64,000 bases of DNA from Candidatus Goldiibacteriota bacterium HGW-Goldbacteria-1 (lineage in GTDB: Bacteria > Oederibacteriota > PGYV01), in the NCBI GenBank assembly GCA_002839855.1, contig PGYV01000009.1, forward strand, positions 7,220 through 71,219. Direction: 5' to 3'. Positions 58,550 to 64,000 of this stretch are shown here, one piece after another (the stretch's first letter is position 1; the number at the start of each line of letters is the position of its first letter). The notes beneath the pieces are model-generated. The model was not told the DNA's origin. It searched no databases and saw only the letters and a list, made by a program, of their open reading frames with translations. Both the position numbers and the translations under genes were made by a program.

Positions 58550-58657
58550 GTAGGGACAGCGCTCCCGCGCTGTCCGGTTCTTGTTCTTTTGTAAATTCAA
58601 CTACGCGGACAGCGTGAATGCCATGGCAACGCCCGCATTCAAGCAGCTGTCCCTACA
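58550..58657. repeat. GC-rich structured element between hemW and proA (nested inverted repeats built on GGACAGCG)
   Basis: Perfect 9-bp hairpin GGACAGCGC-TCCC-GCGCTGTCC. The outer pairing is GTAGGGACAGC ... GCTGTCCCTAC. A third copy CGGACAGCG is present. Confidence 0.6.
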
Positions 58658-58672
58658 AAATCTAATGTTTAC

Positions 58673-59806
58673 TTAAAAAAATAAAGCAATTACCGTGTTA
58701 GAAACCATCATGCCTTTTCTTGTAAGCGCTATAACTTCCGGGTTATCTGTCAAAAGCCCGCCTTTAAGGGGCCTTTCAATGATTTTACCAAACCGCCCGT
58801 CAAAATCATAACCAAATCTTTCCTTAAAATCCGTTTTATTTATCCCCGCCACTGTCCTTAATTTAAGCATTATAAATTCTTTAAGTTCCATGTCAGGCGT
58901 TATTTTTTCGCTTGTCTCTGCGGGGTCTTCATTCTTTTTTAACCGCTTTATGTACTCTTCTATGTTTTTTACATTTACATACCTTAACCCGTCAAAATAA
59001 GAAGCTGCGGCAGTGCCGATGCCTATATATTTTCCGGAATCCCAGTAATTCAGATTATGAAGACACTCTTTGCCGTCTTTGCAGAAATTGGCAATTTCAT
59101 ACTGCCTGTAATCATTACCTTCCAGAAAACCCGCGCCTGTTATGAACATATCGGTTATGTCATCGTCAGACGGCAGTTTTAACGCGCCGCTTTCAATCAA
59201 TTTTCCTGTGGGCGTTTCGGGATACGGCGTGAACATATAAAAAGAAATATGCTCCGCGCCTATGGATGACGCCTCTTCAATATCGGATATAACCATTGAT
59301 ACATTCTGCCCGGGAATACCGTACATAAGATCAAGGTTGATATTAGTGATATTATTTTCCCGCAGTAAGGTAAAAGCTTCTTTTATCTTTTCTGCGTTAT
59401 GCACGCGGCCAAGAGTTTTCAGGATATTATCATCAAAACTCTGCGCGCCCATGCTTACCCTGTTTACGTTTGCCGCAAGCACCTTCGCGGTTTTGTCGGT
59501 TATTGTTTCCGGGTTTGCCTCTATGGTTATTTCCTTAAAGTTCTTTTTTGGATAAAGTGAATATATTCCCGTGAAAAGAGAGTCCAGCTGTTTTTCAGTA
59601 AGGACAGTGGGTGTCCCGCCGCCGATGAAAAGGGTTGAAAATTCAATTTCATATTTGTTCTTATAATATTTTAACTCTTTTATCGCCGCTTCTATATAAT
59701 CGTCAATATAATAAAATTTATCGTCACAGGAATAAAAGTCGCAGTAGCCGCATTTTTGAACGCAGAAAGGAATGTGAATATACAGCCCGGTATTATTGTT
59801 TATCAT
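58673..59806 (-). CDS. hemW: radical SAM heme chaperone HemW (HemN-like, oxygen-independent coproporphyrinogen oxidase family)
   Basis: The CxxxCxxC motif is present as IPFCVQKCGYCDF. The protein is 377 aa. Confidence 0.85.
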   Translation of the reverse strand: MINNNTGLYIHIPFCVQKCGYCDFYSCDDKFYYIDDYIEAAIKELKYYKNKYEIEFSTLFIGGGTPTVLTEKQLDSLFTGIYSLYPKKNFKEITIEANPETITDKTAKVLAANVNRVSMGAQSFDDNILKTLGRVHNAEKIKEAFTLLRENNITNINLDLMYGIPGQNVSMVISDIEEASSIGAEHISFYMFTPYPETPTGKLIESGALKLPSDDDITDMFITGAGFLEGNDYRQYEIANFCKDGKECLHNLNYWDSGKYIGIGTAAASYFDGLRYVNVKNIEEYIKRLKKNEDPAETSEKITPDMELKEFIMLKLRTVAGINKTDFKERFGYDFDGRFGKIIERPLKGGLLTDNPEVIALTRKGMMVSNTVIALFF

Positions 59807-59838
59807 AGTATCCCGCTTTCAGGCTTTTACGCGGCTGA

Positions 59839-60588
59839 TTATTTTACCGCAGCTGCCGGCGCCGCGGCTTCATCCGCTTTTACCGGTTTATCAAGTTTAA
59901 GGTGTTTAATCGCCTTCCACCTTGTGGGCGGCCAGTAAACTATCCACGCCTTGCCCCTGATATTTTTACGGGGTAAAAAGCCCCAGAACCTGCTGTCAGA
60001 TGAATTGTCCCTGTTATCACCCATCATAAAATAACTGTCCGGCGGGACTGTCACAGGCCCAAAGTTATCGCGCGGGGCTATAGAGCCGGGGAAAATTCTC
60101 ATATCCTTATGAAAAGTAAAACTTTCATCCAGTTTTTTTCCGTTTATAAAAAGAACTTTATCTTTCATCTCTATTTTATCCCCCGGCAGCCCCATGCACC
60201 TTTTGATAAACATAAAACGCGGGTCTTCGGGATACCTGAAAATAAGCACATCGCCCCTTTTAGGGTCGGCAAAACGCAGCACAGTATCTTCCTTCCACGG
60301 CAGGTACGTGCCGTAAACAAATTTATTGGCAATGATATGGTCGCCTATTAATAAATTGTCTTCCATGGAAGAGGACGGGATACGAAAAGCCTGGATAAAA
60401 AGCGTGCGGATGATAATGGCTATTATAATGGCTTCAAATGCGGGTTCCACCCAGTCGCGCACCACGTTTTCTTTTGAAAGTTTAAAAACAAAAACTACAA
60501 GTATTTCCCCTATTGTAAGCAGTACAAAAAGCGCCCAAAATATGAATTCTGTGGTTTCTATACCAAAAATTGTAGCACCGGGTGGCAT
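59839..60588 (-). CDS. lepB: signal peptidase I
   Basis: The catalytic Ser is in box B of the S26 peptidase family (PSSSMEDNLLIGDHII). A catalytic Lys region is present. An N-terminal TM is present. Confidence 0.85.
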   Translation of the reverse strand: MPPGATIFGIETTEFIFWALFVLLTIGEILVVFVFKLSKENVVRDWVEPAFEAIIIAIIIRTLFIQAFRIPSSSMEDNLLIGDHIIANKFVYGTYLPWKEDTVLRFADPKRGDVLIFRYPEDPRFMFIKRCMGLPGDKIEMKDKVLFINGKKLDESFTFHKDMRIFPGSIAPRDNFGPVTVPPDSYFMMGDNRDNSSDSRFWGFLPRKNIRGKAWIVYWPPTRWKAIKHLKLDKPVKADEAAAPAAAVK

Positions 60589-60664
60589 GTTTTTTCCTCC
60601 ATTAAATTAAAAGATGGTTTAAATTATATGCCAAAAGAGGAAAAAAGCAAGAACTTTAAGGGCG

Positions 60665-60968
60665 GAAGCTGGGCGGCTTGGCAGCTGGGAAGCTGGGAAG
60701 TAACAACACGAGGGACAGATGCACGGAGGGACGAAAGGAATGGCTGTAAAGGCGCGGCTGGGCGGCTAAGCAGCTGGGCAAAGGCGAAAGGCCGGAAGAT
60801 CGGTTTGGATCTGGTAGGCGCACCTTTTAAGGTGCGGCAGTTGATTTAGGTTTAGGTGTAGATGTTTACCAAAATGAAATGAAAAAAACCAACTGCCCCG
60901 GGCTAAAGCCCGCGCCTACCAATACCAAACCATGTTACCCAGTTACCCAGCTGCCTAGCTGCCTAGCC
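60665..60968. mobile_element. MITE-like composite repeat (imperfect ~35-bp terminal inverted repeats made of CAGCTG-containing units, enclosing two GGTAG-hairpin units)
   Basis: The left inverted repeat is GAAGCTGGGCGGCTTGGCAGCTGGGAAGCTGGGAAGTAAC. The right inverted repeat is GTTACCCAGTTACCCAGCTGCCTAGCTGCCTAGCC. The internal units are at 60814-60848 (B-type) and 60888-60920 (reverse). No ORF with a credible start is present. Confidence 0.5.
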
Positions 60969-60978
60969 TCCGTTCCCC

Positions 60979-61007
60979 TTGACACCCTATTTTAAAAGTG
61001 TTATAAA
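60979..61007 (+). promoter_or_regulatory. sigma70-type promoter for the inositol-lipid operon
   Basis: TTGACA-17nt-TATAAA lies 37 bp upstream of the ATG at 61044. An RBS GGAGGG follows. Confidence 0.65.
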
Positions 61008-61043
61008 TCATATGTTTTATATAATTGGAGGGAAATTGTAAAA

Positions 61044-61643
61044 ATGGGATACAAAACAGCCAGAGACGGCCTGAAAAAGTTCTTTGAAAACGCAATGGTG
61101 CCTTTACTTGTACTTTTAAATAAATTGCATATTACACCCAATTTTGTAACATGGGTTGGGCTTATTATTAATTTAGCAGGCGCTTTTCTTATATATAAGG
61201 GGCAATTTGTTGCAGGCGCAATTGTTATCATATTCGCAAGCATTTTTGACATGATAGACGGCTCCCTTGCCAGATATACAAACCAGAAATCAAAATTCGG
61301 CGGGTTTCTTGATTCCGTAACCGACAGGATATCAGAAGGCGCCCTTTACCTGGCTATTCTGATTTATTACCTGAACCTTGAGATACCAAATAAAACCGCG
61401 GTTGTTTTATGTTATGTGGTTATGTTTTCATCATTTCTTGTCAGCTATTTAAGGGCGCGCGCGGGCGGACTTAAAATAGACTGTTCCGGCGGAATCTTTA
61501 CCCGCCCGGAGCGGATGGTGGTTATTTTACTTGGGCTTTTAATTAATCAGGCAGTCCCGGCGCTTTGGATTATGGCAGTATTATCCATAGTAACGGTTAT
61601 TCAGCGGTTTTTGCTTGTCAACGAACAGGCAAAACATATTTAA
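61044..61643 (+). CDS. CDP-alcohol phosphatidyltransferase (phosphatidylinositol-phosphate synthase-like)
   Basis: The D(x2)DG(x2)AR...G(x3)D(x3)D motif is present as DMIDGSLARYTNQKSKFGGFLDSVTD. About 6 TM helices are present. Confidence 0.8.
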   Translation: MGYKTARDGLKKFFENAMVPLLVLLNKLHITPNFVTWVGLIINLAGAFLIYKGQFVAGAIVIIFASIFDMIDGSLARYTNQKSKFGGFLDSVTDRISEGALYLAILIYYLNLEIPNKTAVVLCYVVMFSSFLVSYLRARAGGLKIDCSGGIFTRPERMVVILLGLLINQAVPALWIMAVLSIVTVIQRFLLVNEQAKHI

Positions 61644-61670
61644 ATTCATAGAAATTTCAGGAGGAGAAAG

Positions 61671-62801
61671 ATGGCAAAGATTAGAATGGCAATTGCAGGT
61701 TTAGGCAACTGCGCCTGGTCCCTGATGCAGGGGCTGGAGTTTTACAAGGACGTACAGGACAGCACGTTTATCCCCGGACTTATGAACGCCAACCTTGGGG
61801 GATACAGGGTGCGCGACATTGAACTTGTCGCGGCTTTTGACGTGGACAGCAATAAGGTTGGAAAAGACGTAAAGGACGCGCTGGAAGCCCTGCCTAACAA
61901 CACGATTGAATTCGCTAAAATGAAAAAGACCGGCGTGAAATGCATGAGGGGCCCGACACTGGACGGCCTTGGCAAGTATTACAGGGAAGTTGTAACAGAG
62001 TCAGACGAGATTCCGGTTGACGTGGCAAAAGTATTAAAGGAAAAGAAAGTGGACGTGTTTGTAAGCTACATGCCTGTAGGGTCAGAAGAAGCGGTTCAGT
62101 ATTACGCTTCGTGCGCCCTTGAAGCAAAATGCGCTTTTGTAAATGCCATCCCGGTCTTTATCGCGTCAAAGCCGGAATGGGCGGCAAAGTTTAAAAAAGC
62201 GGGGCTTCCTATTATCGGGGATGACATCAAATCGCAGGTAGGCGCCACGATAGTGCACAGGGTTTTAACCCAGCTTTTTGGAGACAGGGGCGTAAAAATA
62301 CTGCGCACCTATCAGATTAACTTTGGCGGTAACATGGACTTTAAAAACATGCTGGAACGCGAACGCCTGTATTCAAAAAAGATTTCCAAAACCAACGCGG
62401 TTCTGTCCGCGATGCAGAATGACATTGACAGCAAAGAAGACGTTCACGTAGGGCCGTCTGACCACATCCCATGGCTTAAAGACCGCAAATGGTGCCACAT
62501 AAGGATGGAAGGCGAAAACTTTGGAGGTGTCCCTTTAAACCTTGAATTAAAGCTGGAAGTATGGGATTCACCCAACAGCGCCGGCGTTATTATTGACGCG
62601 GTACGCTGCGCCAAGATAGCCCTTGATAAAAAAATAGGCGGAATACTGGAAGGGCCTTCGGCTTACTTTATGAAGACGCCCCCTATCCAGTACGATGACA
62701 ACCTTGCCAAGACAATGGTTCAGAAATTTGTGGACAGCAAACAAACACCTGTTAAAAAATCCGCTAAAAAAGCGGTAAAAAAATCTTCAAAGAAGAAATA
62801 A
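61671..62801 (+). CDS. myo-inositol-1-phosphate synthase (short bacterial/archaeal type)
   Basis: The N-terminal Rossmann region is [22 protein letters not shown]. Conserved central motifs are present. The length matches short-type MIPS. An RBS AGGAGG is present. Confidence 0.85.
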   Translation: MAKIRMAIAGLGNCAWSLMQGLEFYKDVQDSTFIPGLMNANLGGYRVRDIELVAAFDVDSNKVGKDVKDALEALPNNTIEFAKMKKTGVKCMRGPTLDGLGKYYREVVTESDEIPVDVAKVLKEKKVDVFVSYMPVGSEEAVQYYASCALEAKCAFVNAIPVFIASKPEWAAKFKKAGLPIIGDDIKSQVGATIVHRVLTQLFGDRGVKILRTYQINFGGNMDFKNMLERERLYSKKISKTNAVLSAMQNDIDSKEDVHVGPSDHIPWLKDRKWCHIRMEGENFGGVPLNLELKLEVWDSPNSAGVIIDAVRCAKIALDKKIGGILEGPSAYFMKTPPIQYDDNLAKTMVQKFVDSKQTPVKKSAKKAVKKSSKKK

Positions 62802-63650
62802 ATGTACCGCCTGCTTAAATTTACAGGCATGCTGTTAAAAAATATCCCGCGTACAGCGGGATATTTTTTTTTCAGCGCCATCTCTCTTATTTTATTTGCA
62901 CTGGACGGCAATAAAAAGAAAATACTTCAAGACAATTTAAAACATGTCCTTAGCAAATTACCTGACAACAGGACGCTTAAAAAAAATTATTACAATTATG
63001 CAAGGTACTATTTTGACCTTTTTAAAAATACGTCTGAACTTTCAAAAAGTTTTAACCGCGAATCTTTTAAACCCATGGCAGATACCGTAAAAAGATACCT
63101 TGATAGCGGCAAAAGCATGATAATTACCACAATGCACTACGGCAACTGGGATTTAGGCGGCGCGATTTTAGCATCGTACTTTCCGGGTAAAGTAACAGCA
63201 GTGGTGGAAGAATTATCAGACGGAGCTTTTAAATGGTTTACCGAAACAAGAAGCAGCTGGGGTATGAATGTTATAAAATCCACGGATTTAAAAGCCATGT
63301 TAAAAGTCTTAAAATCAGGAAACCTTCTTGTACTTGTCTCTGACAGGGATTTGGAAAAAACAGGTTTTAATCCTTTATTTTTTGGCAAAAAAGCGTACAT
63401 CCCTTCCGGGCCCGCGAAACTGTCGCTTTTATCGGGGGCTCCGGTGCTTTTTGCTGTTTTTAAAAGAAATGAAACTGACCTATTTAAATATGAACTTTCC
63501 TGGGATAACACTCTTATAAACAGTGAAAATCTTCCCCGCACCCCGGAAAACGAGGAAAAAATTACTAAAGAACTTGTATCAAAATTTGAAACTGTATTGA
63601 AACAGGATGCGTCACAGTGGTGCATGCTGCAGAAGGTTTGGCTGGAATAG
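62802..63650 (+). CDS. LpxL/HtrB (LABLAT)-family lipid acyltransferase (PatA-like)
   Basis: An N-terminal TM is present. The catalytic-region motif HYGNWDLGG is present (the H-x4-D family signature context). Confidence 0.7.
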   Translation: MYRLLKFTGMLLKNIPRTAGYFFFSAISLILFALDGNKKKILQDNLKHVLSKLPDNRTLKKNYYNYARYYFDLFKNTSELSKSFNRESFKPMADTVKRYLDSGKSMIITTMHYGNWDLGGAILASYFPGKVTAVVEELSDGAFKWFTETRSSWGMNVIKSTDLKAMLKVLKSGNLLVLVSDRDLEKTGFNPLFFGKKAYIPSGPAKLSLLSGAPVLFAVFKRNETDLFKYELSWDNTLINSENLPRTPENEEKITKELVSKFETVLKQDASQWCMLQKVWLE

Positions 63651-63743
63651 TTTTGGACGCTTGGATGGTTAGAGGCTTAGAGGCTTGGCTGGAGCGAGCC
63701 TGCGAAGTTAAAATCCCCGGGCTTACGCGGATTATTTGGCTTT

Positions 63744-63779
63744 GGTAGACGCGGGTCTTTAGCCCGCGGCAGTTGATTT
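63744..63779. repeat. GGTAG-hairpin repeat unit (A-type, forward): GGTAGACGCGGGTCTTTAGCCCGCGGCAGTTGATTT
   Basis: Same unit as 52236. It is preceded by AGGCTT-type tandem units resembling the left arm of the 60665 element. Confidence 0.7.
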
Positions 63780-63866
63780 TTTTGGTGCATTAAAAACAAA
63801 ACCTATACATAAATATTTATTTTATTTATAATAAACCGCTGTTAAAAATATTACAAAAAGAGAATA

Positions 63867-64000
63867 TATGCCTGATACTTTTAAAAAAATAGCCATAGTG
63901 ACGCCGTATTATTACCCGCTTTACGGCGGCGTACAGGAATACGTCTATCACCTTAAAAAAGAGTATCAAAAACTTGGATATTTTATAAAAGTAATCACTT
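63867..64000 (+). CDS. GT4 glycosyltransferase, N-terminal fragment (PimA-like by context); continues beyond the window
   Basis: The ATG at 63867 gives MPDTFKKIAIVTPYYYPLYGGVQEYVYHLKKEY, the canonical GT4 N-terminus. This ORF is absent from the supplied track because it is truncated. Confidence 0.5.

Noticed and set aside
58499-58600. N-terminal 34 codons of the track's proA ORF
   Set aside because: They run through a palindromic intergenic element. The canonical ProA N-terminus begins at the GTG at 58498.
60628-60849. 73-aa ORF (MPKEEKSKNFKGGSWAAWQLGSW...)
   Set aside because: It lies entirely inside the MITE-like repeat. It is composed of repeat-unit translations with no homolog-like features.
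1-64000. rRNA genes, transposases, integrases, prophage structural genes
   Set aside because: None could be recognised in any frame. The only mobile-looking features are non-coding repeats and the TA cassettes.

Overview
This 64 kb window is a chromosomal segment from a diderm (Gram-negative-type) bacterium of unidentified lineage. It is AT-rich, and coding density is high and mostly on the minus strand. The diderm call rests on OMPLA-like, AsmA-like, LpxL-family and GT9 heptosyltransferase homologues and on lipoprotein signal peptides.

Clearly recognisable housekeeping genes are recA, lexA, rpoD, dnaG, rpsU, proA, nadD, lepB, hemW, aroE, rsmE, tldD/pmbA, mpg, one tRNA-Met(CAU) and a TetR-linked ABC efflux operon.

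Three blocks are accessory or unusual:
1. A ~20 kb surface-glycan island (25.0-45.7 kb). It has a nonulosonic-acid pathway (NeuB-type synthase, NeuA/PseF-PseG fusion), a GDP-sugar branch (Gmd, DegT aminotransferase, epimerase), a Wzx flippase, GT2/GT4/GT9, two ArnT/PMT-like GT-C membrane transferases, three methyltransferases and an embedded secreted ankyrin-repeat protein.
2. An inositol-phospholipid cluster at 61.0-64.0 kb. It encodes a CDP-alcohol phosphatidyltransferase, myo-inositol-1-phosphate synthase, an LpxL/PatA-family acyltransferase and a GT4. This resembles the actinobacterial PI/PIM pathway.
3. Several small defence/mobile features. There is a HepT/MntA-like HEPN-nucleotidyltransferase pair with a perfect 30 bp palindromic operator, divergent from an SOS operon. 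There is a HigB/HigA cassette with its own palindromic operator, flanked by direct copies of a ~75 bp repeat and followed by a strongly AT-rich orphan gene.

The window also holds at least three families of short dispersed hairpin repeats. One is a perfect 22 bp palindrome found three times at gene ends. Another is a GGTAG-hairpin-GCAGTTG unit found at least nine times with compensatory stem changes. A MITE-like ~300 bp composite also occurs.

No CRISPR array, rRNA, transposase or integrase was seen. All functional calls are by eye from conserved motifs; no database search was possible.
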